Source of the DNA: a virus
DNA: 54,525 nucleotides
IMG/VR virus record: IMGVR_UViG_3300045988_098849
Direction: 5' to 3' (one strand)
Shown: positions 34,650 to 43,638 of the stretch, in pieces
Layout of the letters: each line of letters starts with the position of its first letter
Numbering within the stretch: the first letter of the stretch is position 1
Made by a program: the position numbers and the translations under genes
Notes under the pieces: model-generated
The model's input: the letters and a program-made list of their open reading frames with translations, nothing else
What the model was told of the DNA's origin: nothing
Databases searched by the model: none

Positions 34650-35387
34650 CTAAAAATTCCAGTTTATATCGCTACTGGAAGCCTTCCCGATTTTCTCCCA
34701 AACAATACCTTGATATCCGCTTGAAATGCTTTCATTTATTGCTGTTGACACCGCCGTATCTCCGTACTGTGTTGACTTTTCCGACACTGTTTTTAAAAGC
34801 GTCCGCAAACCTCTTTCTTTGTACTTGAAATTCCTCTCTCCCTTATATGCAATCCAATCCTGTACCGATTCCAGAAGATAATCGGAAATAGCAAACTCGG
34901 AAACCATATCATTCAGCATATCAGCAGAAGATACTTTCTTTGCAGAAGCGGAAGGAATACTTTTCGGTTCTTCTTCCTTCTGGCAATCGTCCGCACCACC
35001 TCTGACTTTATTTACCGTATCCATAACGTACCTCCTAAAATCATCTGACTTAATATGCTTTGCGACATTCTCAACACCCGTAAGCGTTTTCTCTGACTTG
35101 CTCCAGTTGTACTTGTACCATTTGAGAATCAAGACTTCCTTTGTTTCTGCACAGTACCGAATTACGCCATGCACATTTTCAAAGCGGCTAATCAATCTTG
35201 AAATTGTATCCTTAGTATATCCTGTATGGTGTGATATTTGATTAAAACTGACCTCGTAGCAACCGCAGATGTTCGTCTGTGGGTTTGTCAGAAGATAAGC
35301 ATAGAAATACTTATCCTCTGGTGTGAAATCGTCCTCGACCTTGCTGTCCGTCCAAAACGATATATGTAAATTCCTGTATATTGCCAT
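34650..35387 (-). CDS. Replisome organiser (Phage_rep_org_N / DnaD-like), 245 aa
   Basis: ATG 35387. Contains FWTDSKVEDDFTPEDKYFYAYLLTNPQTNICGCYEVSFNQISHHTGY, the classical N-terminal motif. Confidence 0.7.
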   Translation of the reverse strand: MAIYRNLHISFWTDSKVEDDFTPEDKYFYAYLLTNPQTNICGCYEVSFNQISHHTGYTKDTISRLISRFENVHGVIRYCAETKEVLILKWYKYNWSKSEKTLTGVENVAKHIKSDDFRRYVMDTVNKVRGGADDCQKEEEPKSIPSASAKKVSSADMLNDMVSEFAISDYLLESVQDWIAYKGERNFKYKERGLRTLLKTVSEKSTQYGDTAVSTAINESISSGYQGIVWEKIGKASSSDINWNF

Positions 35388-35421
35388 AAACAACACCCTA
35401 CTCTTGTTTACTGTTGATTTT

Positions 35422-36096
35422 CTACTTGTATTCTTTCTTCTCTTTTTCTGTTTTCTCCTTGCAATTCGCACCATCACTGGGACTGTAACTCGGTTTCTCA
35501 CACCGTTCAAATTCAATCACCCAAACCCATGGGTTAGCCTGCCAACTGTAGCGGTCAATATCAGATTTTTTGATGGTGGAATCCCACAGGTTAAAAAAAT
35601 TCAGCATAGCTGATGTTCTGAATTTTGTTTTAGAACACACACTTTCTCTACATCCTTCTTTTTCCGCACCCTCTTCTGTGATATCCTGCAACCGTTCCAC
35701 CCGTACATCCTTCACCTTCAGCCAGATTCTCGCCGCTTCTTTTGGCATATGGATTGATGGATGCCATATATGGCTATCATTTTTAAAGCCAATTTCCGCT
35801 ATCTCATCTGCTCTAAAAACATACTGTTTATCTGAATTTAAGGAAATCGGATGTCCCCATGTTTCCCGAACATACAGAATGTCTCCCTGCTGGTACGGTA
35901 ATCTAAAAAATTTTTCGCCATATTCATCAGCATACACCCCCCTGCAAGATACACAGCCTTTTGGTGTAAACATGGTATACCCCCACATCGCATCATCAGG
36001 GATAGCACCTTTCACAATCCGCCGAGTGCAAGTCTTTTTCCCGTCTAAAATCGCCCGCACCATTTCTGTATTGAATAAGATTGGTTTAATCGCCAT
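35422..36096 (-). CDS. ASCH domain protein, 224 aa
   Basis: AAGGAG SD. Starts MAIKPILFNTEMVRAILDGKKTCTRR. Confidence 0.6.
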   Translation of the reverse strand: MAIKPILFNTEMVRAILDGKKTCTRRIVKGAIPDDAMWGYTMFTPKGCVSCRGVYADEYGEKFFRLPYQQGDILYVRETWGHPISLNSDKQYVFRADEIAEIGFKNDSHIWHPSIHMPKEAARIWLKVKDVRVERLQDITEEGAEKEGCRESVCSKTKFRTSAMLNFFNLWDSTIKKSDIDRYSWQANPWVWVIEFERCEKPSYSPSDGANCKEKTEKEKKEYK

Positions 36097-36499
36097 CCGC
36101 TTCACATCTCCTTTTCTCCAATGCCGCTTCTTTTGGAATAACATAAAAATCATTCAATAATTCTTCAATATGTTCCCCTGTCCAAACAGGCGTATCTTTC
36201 TGTTTTACGGAAGTGACATACCAATCATATAAAGTACTCTCGTCCATGGCGTTCTCTAAATCGACTAATCTTTTTTCATGTTTTCCAACCTTACATGGCA
36301 GCACCAACAGCCGCCCCTGTTCTTCCAAGTCCCTGTAGCGTTTTAGTTCCTCCAGCAAGTCAGCTTCCTGTCCAAATCCATCCGCAGTACGTTTACACGC
36401 CCTTGCTTCCGCCCCGAAATCTTCTACCGGAGTATATCTTCTCAATCGATTTACTGCTTCTCTTAACTGGTTAATCTTTTCTTCAAGTGTCACACTCAT
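36086..36499 (-). CDS. Hypothetical protein, 137 aa
   Basis: AAGGAG lies 9 nt upstream of ATG 36499. Confidence 0.5.
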   Translation of the reverse strand: MSVTLEEKINQLREAVNRLRRYTPVEDFGAEARACKRTADGFGQEADLLEELKRYRDLEEQGRLLVLPCKVGKHEKRLVDLENAMDESTLYDWYVTSVKQKDTPVWTGEHIEELLNDFYVIPKEAALEKRRCEADGD

Positions 36500-36511
36500 T
36501 TTCCTCACTCC

Positions 36512-38110
36512 TTAAATCACCCCATACAGTTCCTTCATGGTTTCAAACTGTCTCCCGCACATTTCCGGCAGATTTGCCCTTACAAGAGCTTCTGCGAACG
36601 GCGGCGGCACCGCATTTCCGCAGCGTGCGACCTGTTTTGTTTTGCCGTAGGCTTTCCCCGTGTAATCATGGTCGATGATGTAATCGGGCGGAAACCCATT
36701 CGCCGCGTACAGTTCCCTCGGAGTCAGCATCCGCAGTCCGATGTCACTGATGAAGTACATCGTCCCATTGACATCCAGCAGCAGAATTTCATCCTCTGCG
36801 ATTGCATACCCACAGTACGCATTTAGCAGTTCTCTGACCTCGTTCCAGTGATGCAAATTCATTTCCGACCAGTTCATTTTCACCGTGACAATGCCGAAAT
36901 GCCCTGCGGATGTCGTAATCGTATGCAAAGGCTCGTCCGGCTTCTGCCCGATGCCCGTTTTGTAAAACTTGGAAATAAAGGTCTCCACAACACATTCCCT
37001 GTCCTTCGTGGTCGAGGTATGCAAGGGACTATTCACATCCAGCGGTCTGCCGTTCTGGAAGTATTCCGCCAGATATGCCACAGAAAGCCCGTATCGGTTC
37101 GCCGCGTCCAGCGTCATAATCGGCTCATCCATCCCCTGCCATCTCACTCTTTCCGATTGCTCTGTGTGATACTGAATCAGAGAAGGCATCGCAAGGTATT
37201 GTTTGCCGCTCCCGACAATCGTACTTAACGGCTCATTGATGTCATGCACCCTCGGTGCCTGTCCTTTTCGTTCCCCGTAACCAATAGGAACAATAAACGG
37301 CTCTTTATTCTGCAGCACAAATTTCTCAATACCTCTTGCAATGCGTTTCTGTGTATTTACCGCCAAAGGGCGCACAGCACGGATACCGTATTTTTCTTTG
37401 ATTTCATCCGTTGTGTCAAAAATAGAAGGGCATGGAATCGTCCAGTCGATAATCTCCGCCGCCCCTCTCCATGGCTTGCATTTTCCGCTTTTTACTTCTT
37501 CGCTGTCCTTCGGTGCATGGGTGCGTTCCGGCCAGATAATCGGCTTGCCGTCACATCTGGCAATCAGAAAAAATCTCTTTCGGATGGTCGGCGCACCATA
37601 GTCTGCCGCGACAAGCTCCCGATGGTCTATCTCATAGCCCAATGCCTGTAGCTGCTCCTTCCACTTGCGGAATGTTTCGCCACGCCTGCTTTTCACAGGC
37701 TTTCCTTTTCGCACCGGGCCCCATGTCTGAAATTCTTCCACGTTCTCCAAGATGATAACTCTCGGCTTGACCGTCCCTGCCCATTTCAGTACAATCCATG
37801 CCAGACCGCGAATATTTCTGTCTACGGGCTTACTGCCCTTTGCCTTGGAAAAATGCTTGCAGTCCGGCGAAAACCACGCCAGCCCGACAGGTCTGCCCCT
37901 CGTGACCTCCCACGGGTCTACGTCCCATACGCTTTCGCAATAATGCCTCGTTTGCGGATGATTCGTCCGGTGCATCAGAATTGCATCCGGATCATGGTTG
38001 ATGGCTGCATCCACCGCTCTGCCTGCGGCAAGCTCTATTCCGGTTGACGCGCCGCCTCCGCCTGCGAAATTGTCTATTATCATTTCCTCAAAAAAATCTA
38101 TCTGCCTCAT
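36512..38110 (-). CDS. DNA (cytosine-5) methyltransferase, 532 aa
   Basis: Motif I DNFAGGGGAS, FSPDCKHFS (PC-like), ILENVEEF (ENV) and RCGNAVPPPF (motif X). Confidence 0.85.
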   Translation of the reverse strand: MRQIDFFEEMIIDNFAGGGGASTGIELAAGRAVDAAINHDPDAILMHRTNHPQTRHYCESVWDVDPWEVTRGRPVGLAWFSPDCKHFSKAKGSKPVDRNIRGLAWIVLKWAGTVKPRVIILENVEEFQTWGPVRKGKPVKSRRGETFRKWKEQLQALGYEIDHRELVAADYGAPTIRKRFFLIARCDGKPIIWPERTHAPKDSEEVKSGKCKPWRGAAEIIDWTIPCPSIFDTTDEIKEKYGIRAVRPLAVNTQKRIARGIEKFVLQNKEPFIVPIGYGERKGQAPRVHDINEPLSTIVGSGKQYLAMPSLIQYHTEQSERVRWQGMDEPIMTLDAANRYGLSVAYLAEYFQNGRPLDVNSPLHTSTTKDRECVVETFISKFYKTGIGQKPDEPLHTITTSAGHFGIVTVKMNWSEMNLHHWNEVRELLNAYCGYAIAEDEILLLDVNGTMYFISDIGLRMLTPRELYAANGFPPDYIIDHDYTGKAYGKTKQVARCGNAVPPPFAEALVRANLPEMCGRQFETMKELYGVI

Positions 38111-38178
38111 TCCCTCACTCCTCAGAACAGCCAATCATCATCGGGGATGGTTTTTAATAATTCTTTTAATTTCATAAA

Positions 38179-38319
38179 TCAGCCCTTCTTATGCTCGTAA
38201 ATTTCAATCCCTTTTCCTTTGGCGAACCCGTATTCTTGGTTTGCACCTTTGCTATTTTCCCATCCGTCCAACATATAAATTGCATCGCAAAGGTCAAGCA
38301 ATTCAAAAGACATTCTCAT
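38179..38319 (-). pseudogene. 46-aa ORF matching only the C-terminal half of a DUF4406-like protein (gene remnant?)
   Basis: Hand translation gives MRMSFELLDLCDAIYMLDGWENSKGANQEYGFAKGKGIEIYEHKKG. ATGA overlap with the upstream gene. The N-terminal half is absent. Confidence 0.45.
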
Positions 38320-38621
38320 GTATTCGCCACCTTTCCATTCCTGTATTCTTCTATTGCTGCATCAACCCTTTCTTTGCTCCAATCTGCGCTATCGTACCAT
38401 TCAACCGCCTTAAAAACAGGACTGAGCATTTCGTGTAGTGTTTCAATTCTGATTCTGGCTGATTTGATATACTCAACTAATCGTCTTACATCCTTTGCCA
38501 CATCTTTATATCCGCTCGAATTGAGGTAGTCTGCCATTTCTTCTAACAATTCAATACTTCCACACTGCACAAGCTCGTCTACTTCCCTTGAGTATAGATA
38601 GCCCCAACTTCCGCCGCTCAT
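38316..38621 (-). CDS. Hypothetical protein, 101 aa
   Basis: GGAGAG SD. ATGA overlap with the upstream gene. Confidence 0.5.
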   Translation of the reverse strand: MSGGSWGYLYSREVDELVQCGSIELLEEMADYLNSSGYKDVAKDVRRLVEYIKSARIRIETLHEMLSPVFKAVEWYDSADWSKERVDAAIEEYRNGKVANT

Positions 38622-39208
38622 TGTTTCTCTCCGCCTTTCATCAATCCTATAAATTTCTCATACTGCCGTTCTGAAATCTTATTCCCCCTCTTATCCGCTC
38701 TAATTTCGATTGTGAGGTGCTTTTCGGCAATATGCGATAATTCCTTCGCAAGATTCTTTCTGCCCTGCTCCAAGCCGTCACGATAGCCCTTAGCGGCTTT
38801 GTATTCCGCAATTTGCGATTTGCCCTCTCCCTGTGAGCCGCTTGTCTTGTTCCGCAACTGATAACCGCCATCAGCATATTTCTTTATCCAGTGCTGCTCC
38901 GCACTATCCAATTCGGTATCCTTGTAAAGCATAAAACCGATTTTCCATCCATACTGATTTGTTTCTGCATCGTATAAGCCATGTTTTTTCAACGATAGGT
39001 CGATATGCTGATAGCCGACAAGATGTTGCGACAATCTGGTAATAAGGTGTATTGCTTGCCCGATGTATGCGTATTTGAATCCGTTTTCGTCAATTCTTGT
39101 TAGGAAATAAATTCCGCTGTCCTCATTCAATTTTGGGTTGACTTTCAGCAGGCGTTCCTTGTTTTTCTTCTCGATAGCCTTCGCTTTCTTGAATTTCTGA
39201 TAGTCCAT
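38618..39208 (-). CDS. GIY-YIG nuclease domain protein, 196 aa
   Basis: AAGGGGG SD. Contains SGIYFLTR...YAYIGQAIHLITRLSQH (GIY...YIG...R). Confidence 0.7.
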   Translation of the reverse strand: MDYQKFKKAKAIEKKNKERLLKVNPKLNEDSGIYFLTRIDENGFKYAYIGQAIHLITRLSQHLVGYQHIDLSLKKHGLYDAETNQYGWKIGFMLYKDTELDSAEQHWIKKYADGGYQLRNKTSGSQGEGKSQIAEYKAAKGYRDGLEQGRKNLAKELSHIAEKHLTIEIRADKRGNKISERQYEKFIGLMKGGEKQ

Positions 39209-40067
39209 CTTTCAACCCCCTTAGAAGTGCCTCTCCATTTATTTTTACAGAATAATGATTTCGCATAACAAGCATTTCTTCCTTTGCACGCTTATAAAAT
39301 TCTTTCGATATTTCAAATCCATATGAGTTTCTACCGCACTCCATAGCCGCTCTCAGTGTCGAACCACTTCCGGCACAAGGGTCAATCACAACATCCCCAT
39401 CGTCAGTGAAAATCTTAATCAGTTTTTTAATAACTGCTACTGGTTTTTGGGCTGGATGAATTTTAGGGATTTCTTTTCCATCCTTCTCCCATGTGAACCA
39501 ATTAAAAATCATCCGTCCTGTGCCGCGAATATTCTTCCCGTTCTCGTCCTGCTGACAGCCGTTTCTAAACTTTGGTAACCTTCCACGATAAAATACAAGG
39601 GCGTATTCTGTCGCGCCCACAATACGCATATTCGCCTTCAAAACCTGTGGGCTGTAATTCTTACAAAAAACCAAAGGTATGTAGTTTACGAAGCCATGTT
39701 TCTTGGCGGCATTGATAAGCGTTGGAATCTGCTCAAAACTGCAAAAAACAATCATGCAAGGACTGTTGCTGCTTCTGCCACGGGATACGGTTTTCGTATC
39801 TTCTTTCTTCAACAGCTTGCTACAAAAATGAAAATACTCATACAGGTTGAAATTAAAATCGGTATTAAAAGCTGCTTTTCCTGCGAGTTTGCTTTCACCG
39901 TTTTTATTGTCCCCTCCCTTGTACCACATGGGATTACTACCATAGAAATTCGTACCCACGTTGTAGGGGATATCGGCAATAACAAGTTGCGCTTTCGGGA
40001 TTCCGTACCGCTTATAATTTTGGAAATTGTCATTAAACAATTCCGTTTTTATGTTTTTCAAATCCAT
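39123..40067 (-). CDS. DNA methyltransferase, N6-adenine/N4-cytosine (beta class), 314 aa
   Basis: Motif IV-like ADIPYN and motif I VVIDPCAGSGSTLRAA. The 3' end overlaps the GIY-YIG gene by 86 nt. Confidence 0.75.
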   Translation of the reverse strand: MDLKNIKTELFNDNFQNYKRYGIPKAQLVIADIPYNVGTNFYGSNPMWYKGGDNKNGESKLAGKAAFNTDFNFNLYEYFHFCSKLLKKEDTKTVSRGRSSNSPCMIVFCSFEQIPTLINAAKKHGFVNYIPLVFCKNYSPQVLKANMRIVGATEYALVFYRGRLPKFRNGCQQDENGKNIRGTGRMIFNWFTWEKDGKEIPKIHPAQKPVAVIKKLIKIFTDDGDVVIDPCAGSGSTLRAAMECGRNSYGFEISKEFYKRAKEEMLVMRNHYSVKINGEALLRGLKDGLSEIQESEGYREEKQGTPAESQPKIE

Positions 40068-40312
40068 TCACCTCCCCGTCTTTTCCGTCTTTTCCGTCTT
40101 TTTCGATTAACCTCTTTTCTAACTCTTTCAAATTCTTCATCAGATATTCCGAATATCTCAATGTAATCATATTCTGGTGCGAACAACACCAATATATCGT
40201 CCTTCTTATAAATAGGCACCATGAAATCGCCTACAATATTCGCAGTATCGAACATTTGTATCCCTTTTTCAAAATTCTCTTTCAAAAAAACGATTAAATT
40301 TTCTATTCTCAA
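40058..40312 (-). CDS. Hypothetical protein with a poly-basic tail, 84 aa
   Basis: TTG start with GGTGGAG SD. The tail RKRRKRRKRR is encoded by three tandem 9-mers at 40078-40104. Confidence 0.5.
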   Translation of the reverse strand: MRIENLIVFLKENFEKGIQMFDTANIVGDFMVPIYKKDDILVLFAPEYDYIEIFGISDEEFERVRKEVNRKRRKRRKRRGGEWI

Positions 40313-40337
40313 AATCAGTCTCCACCTTTCTTATTTT

Positions 40338-40760
40338 TTAAAACGGCAAATCGTCATCTTCAATGGTATTGTCAACGGGATAAAAACCATCCGTGTTACT
40401 CTGCGGTTTCGGCGCATCACTTATCTGCCCTGCACTGCTGCTTGCCACTTTACTCTCGGCAAACTCGAAAGATTTCACGATAAAGGATACCCTGTTCTGC
40501 TTCTTACCTTCCCTGTCGGTGTATTCATTCTGTACAGCTTCACACTCTAGAATGATTTTCGTACCCTTCTTTACAAACTGCCCCATTGTTTCCGCCTTTT
40601 CGCCGAAAGCGGAGATATTGAAAAAGCTCGTTTTCTTCTTGTCTCCGTATCCGCTTTCGACCGCAATGGAAGTTCTTCCGACCGCTAGAGGATTTGCGGA
40701 CTGCGTGTATCTGAGTTCAACATCTCTTGTTGTTCTGCCAACAAAAATACATTTATTCAT
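40338..40760 (-). CDS. ssb: Single-stranded DNA-binding protein, 140 aa
   Basis: OB-fold N-terminus MNKCIFVGRTTRDVELRYT and the acidic tip DDDLPF. Confidence 0.9.
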   Translation of the reverse strand: MNKCIFVGRTTRDVELRYTQSANPLAVGRTSIAVESGYGDKKKTSFFNISAFGEKAETMGQFVKKGTKIILECEAVQNEYTDREGKKQNRVSFIVKSFEFAESKVASSSAGQISDAPKPQSNTDGFYPVDNTIEDDDLPF

Positions 40761-40993
40761 TTCTGCTTGTCCCTCTTTCTTCTAAAGTATTCGTTCTTTC
40801 GGTAATCTGCCTGATTTTCGATGAACGCCTTATTTTGCATTTCTTTTTTATTTTTCAAATGCTTCTGATTCCAAATCGTGAATTTCTCGCATTTTGAATG
40901 ACATCCAGCGCTCCTTCCTTCGCATCCATAGCAGGGGCAAATACCATCCTTCGCCTTGATATTTGCATTTAAGGAAAACTCATACCTTCCCAT
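40757..40993 (-). CDS. Cys-rich (zinc-binding?) protein, 78 aa
   Basis: Contains CPCYGCEGRSAGCHSKCEKF. Confidence 0.5.
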   Translation of the reverse strand: MGRYEFSLNANIKAKDGICPCYGCEGRSAGCHSKCEKFTIWNQKHLKNKKEMQNKAFIENQADYRKNEYFRRKRDKQK

Positions 40994-41702
40994 CACTCAA
41001 CCACCACCCGTCATTACGCCCTGCAACGTACACATTCGCCGTAGGACACACTTCTTTCATACGCTCGATGAATTTATCGGAATCGGCATTATCAGCTGAC
41101 AGATGGCACATTATGACGTTATGCAAGGAATCTGAATTATTCGCTTTCACAAACTCACAAGCTGTTCCAATCTCCATGTGACCGCCGAAAATATGATTCT
41201 TTTTTCCTTCGTTATCTGGATAAATCATATCTTTGTCATAATTCACGCCGAGAAGAATATGGTTTATATTTTTGAACCGCCATTTGACAATAGCCGTATC
41301 AGTTATATACAGCATCCTTCCCATTTCCTTGTGTTCAACCAAAAACCCATAACAGGCGCAAGGTTCGCCGTCCGCATCTGTGTGTGTCCATCTACCGTCA
41401 ATCGTTGTAAGGTCAAACGCCTGCACTCTAAAACCAGAAATATTTTTCAAGCCGATGTCGCTTTCGTTTTCATACGGCTTTAAAACAGGAACACCCATTC
41501 TTTCAAATTCATTGACCGATTTTGAGTGGTCAGCGTGTTTATGGGTAACAATCGCACCGACAACATCAGAAATTTTCCAACCGATTCCTTTCTTAATTTT
41601 CTTTTCGTTCTCCCCCAAGTCCAAAAGAAGAATCTCTCCTGTGTCTGCAATAAGTGCGTGGCAATTTCCGCTTGAACCCGTTGCTATCGTTTTTAGCAGC
41701 AC
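40980..41702 (-). CDS. MBL-fold metallo-hydrolase, 240 aa
   Basis: GTG start with AGGAGGTG SD. Contains the HKHADH (HxHxDH) motif. Confidence 0.75.
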   Translation of the reverse strand: MLLKTIATGSSGNCHALIADTGEILLLDLGENEKKIKKGIGWKISDVVGAIVTHKHADHSKSVNEFERMGVPVLKPYENESDIGLKNISGFRVQAFDLTTIDGRWTHTDADGEPCACYGFLVEHKEMGRMLYITDTAIVKWRFKNINHILLGVNYDKDMIYPDNEGKKNHIFGGHMEIGTACEFVKANNSDSLHNVIMCHLSADNADSDKFIERMKEVCPTANVYVAGRNDGWWLSDGKV

Positions 41703-41720
41703 TTTCGCACCTCCTAACGA

Positions 41721-42347
41721 TTATTCAATCCCCTCAACATGGTATCTTCCGTATCCACTACTTCTACCACTTCCGATACCGTTGCCAAATCCTGCAAGAT
41801 TGACAATGTTTACAATCTGTTCCAAAGAGAAAGCGTTTTCGGTGTACTGGATTGTAAATGCAGCTTTCCAACCGCTAAATCTGTTAAGGTGTACTAATAC
41901 TGGAGAGCCTTTTTTGGGAGACATCAGTTTTTCGTCAATATGATGTTCTGCAAACTGAATTGGTATCAAATCTCCCTTTGCGATAATGTTTACTCCTGCA
42001 TTAAACTTCGTTGCGTATGTATCAATTTTGTTATGTATAACAGCCTGTCCGAAAGATTTTTTCAGACCGAACCCTGTAATACATGGTGCGTTTTCTTTTA
42101 ATGCCTGTAATAGTCCTTCTTCCGAATAATCTTTTGGCTTGCCGTTGTACCAGTGCATAGAAGTGATGATTGCTTCCCATTGATTAGGCTTTGCTGTGTC
42201 TTTCGCCTTATCCTTACGCTTGTCAATCAAATCCTTTGCGCTTACATCGTTCATTTTATTAAGAATCAAGTCTCCATCTCCTGCGATTTTGATTGTTGCG
42301 GTTTTGATGTTTAAGGGCTTGATTTCGATTACCTCTGTTTTAGCCAT
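41721..42347 (-). CDS. Hypothetical recombination-module protein with a glycine-rich C-terminal loop, 208 aa
   Basis: AAGGAG SD. Ends LAGFGNGIGSGRSSGYGRYHVEGIE. Confidence 0.55.
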   Translation of the reverse strand: MAKTEVIEIKPLNIKTATIKIAGDGDLILNKMNDVSAKDLIDKRKDKAKDTAKPNQWEAIITSMHWYNGKPKDYSEEGLLQALKENAPCITGFGLKKSFGQAVIHNKIDTYATKFNAGVNIIAKGDLIPIQFAEHHIDEKLMSPKKGSPVLVHLNRFSGWKAAFTIQYTENAFSLEQIVNIVNLAGFGNGIGSGRSSGYGRYHVEGIE

Positions 42348-42701
42348 TTTTGTTTTCTCCTTTCATTTTTGTTACTGATAGAACACTTTGTAGGCGATAT
42401 AATATTCTGCATTGTCTTGTATTTTCTTTTGATTTACTGTTCTTTTCTTTAATATGCTGGCGGTATCATACCGCCTATAAAATGCTCTATCAGCGTGTTC
42501 CTATAATCAAGCGCTTAGCAAGTGAGATAAAGTGTCCTATGTTGCGCTTTATTTTCCTGTTTTATTTTGACCTGTTTTTCGATGTTTTATAAAAAGCTGT
42601 TATATAATAGGTGTTATCTCACCTGTTAAACACTTGAAAATAGGTTGTTTTTTAATATGCTGTCTGAAATTTTCCTGTTATGTTCTGTTTTATGCTATAT
42701 A

Positions 42702-43142
42702 TCAAACAGTGATTAAATCAATCTGCTCAAATACCTGTTCCAACTCGGAAAGTGTCTTATATTTCAATCTGAAACTTTCCAATTCTGATAATGCTCTTTT
42801 AAGCAAATCTTCATATTCATTCTGATTTTTCAGAAAAGTCCTTGTCGGCTGATAAACAGTATTGGACGTTCTACTTAATACTCTTACTGGCGGCGCATCT
42901 TCGCTTTTAGGTTCTACATACAACATCCTAATGACATTGCCGGCTTGTATTGTTCTGTATTTCTCGGCAGCTAAATCATTGTCCCACTCAAAGCATTTAT
43001 GTAATTCTGAATTTTCATCTCTTGCAAAATCGAGAATTGCTTTCGGGGTAATCTGTTCCAAAGAAGAAATCTCTCTGTAACATTCATTTGCATCGGCTTT
43101 AAAGATCCCGTCAACCTTCCATTTTACATTTTCGTTCATCAT
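42702..43142 (-). CDS. Conserved phage protein, about 146 aa
   Basis: The pattern PKAILDFARDENSELHKCFEWDNDLAAEKYR recalls a widespread phage family of unknown function. Confidence 0.5.
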   Translation of the reverse strand: MMNENVKWKVDGIFKADANECYREISSLEQITPKAILDFARDENSELHKCFEWDNDLAAEKYRTIQAGNVIRMLYVEPKSEDAPPVRVLSRTSNTVYQPTRTFLKNQNEYEDLLKRALSELESFRLKYKTLSELEQVFEQIDLITV

Positions 43143-43423
43143 CACACCTCGCTATCCTGCGGAAATCGAAATACTTTTGGATAATTGAAAGCGAAATAAT
43201 ATTCACTGCTTCTTGCCTGTTGGTAGTTCTCGTATTCCGTTCTCAACATTTCCATAGCCTTTGCGGCTTTTTCTTTTGTTGAATATTCAGCTAAATTGAA
43301 ATAGGTATCATCAGCAACGCTTGCCGGAAAGGCAGGAATCGATGTTTTGGTTGTGGCATCAATTGCAACTACAAACTGTTCATACGGAAAATCAACTTCT
43401 CCGTTCTGACTAATAATTCTCAT
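43142..43423 (-). CDS. Small phage protein, paralog family member C (93 aa)
   Basis: AAGGGGG SD before ATG 43423. Starts MRIISQNGEV and ends FRFPQDSEV. Same family as 4192..4422 and 4425..4661. Confidence 0.55.
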   Translation of the reverse strand: MRIISQNGEVDFPYEQFVVAIDATTKTSIPAFPASVADDTYFNLAEYSTKEKAAKAMEMLRTEYENYQQARSSEYYFAFNYPKVFRFPQDSEV

Positions 43424-43428
43424 ATTTT

Positions 43429-43635
43429 TTACCCCCTTACCCAAAGCCAAACTGCGCTCACTACCGTCAAAGCGGTGGCGGCAAATGCAGCTGATGTGAT
43501 TTTATTTTTCGCTACATAATAGTCGAAATCTCTACGCAATCCCATTTTTTCATCTTTGCTAAACAACCAAAAGATTCTCCAGCAATACACAATAACAATC
43601 ATCCAAATAAAAATAGTCAACTTCATAATAATCAC
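43429..43635 (-). CDS. Small membrane protein, 68 aa
   Basis: Two hydrophobic helices. GTG start after GGAGGTG. Confidence 0.45.
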   Translation of the reverse strand: MIIMKLTIFIWMIVIVYCWRIFWLFSKDEKMGLRRDFDYYVAKNKITSAAFAATALTVVSAVWLWVRG

Positions 43636-43638
43636 CGC

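Noticed and set aside
40078-40104. Three tandem 9-mers (CGTCTTTTC-like).
   Set aside because: This is a coding repeat that produces the RKRRKRRKRR tail of CDS 40058-40312. It is not a regulatory or mobile element.
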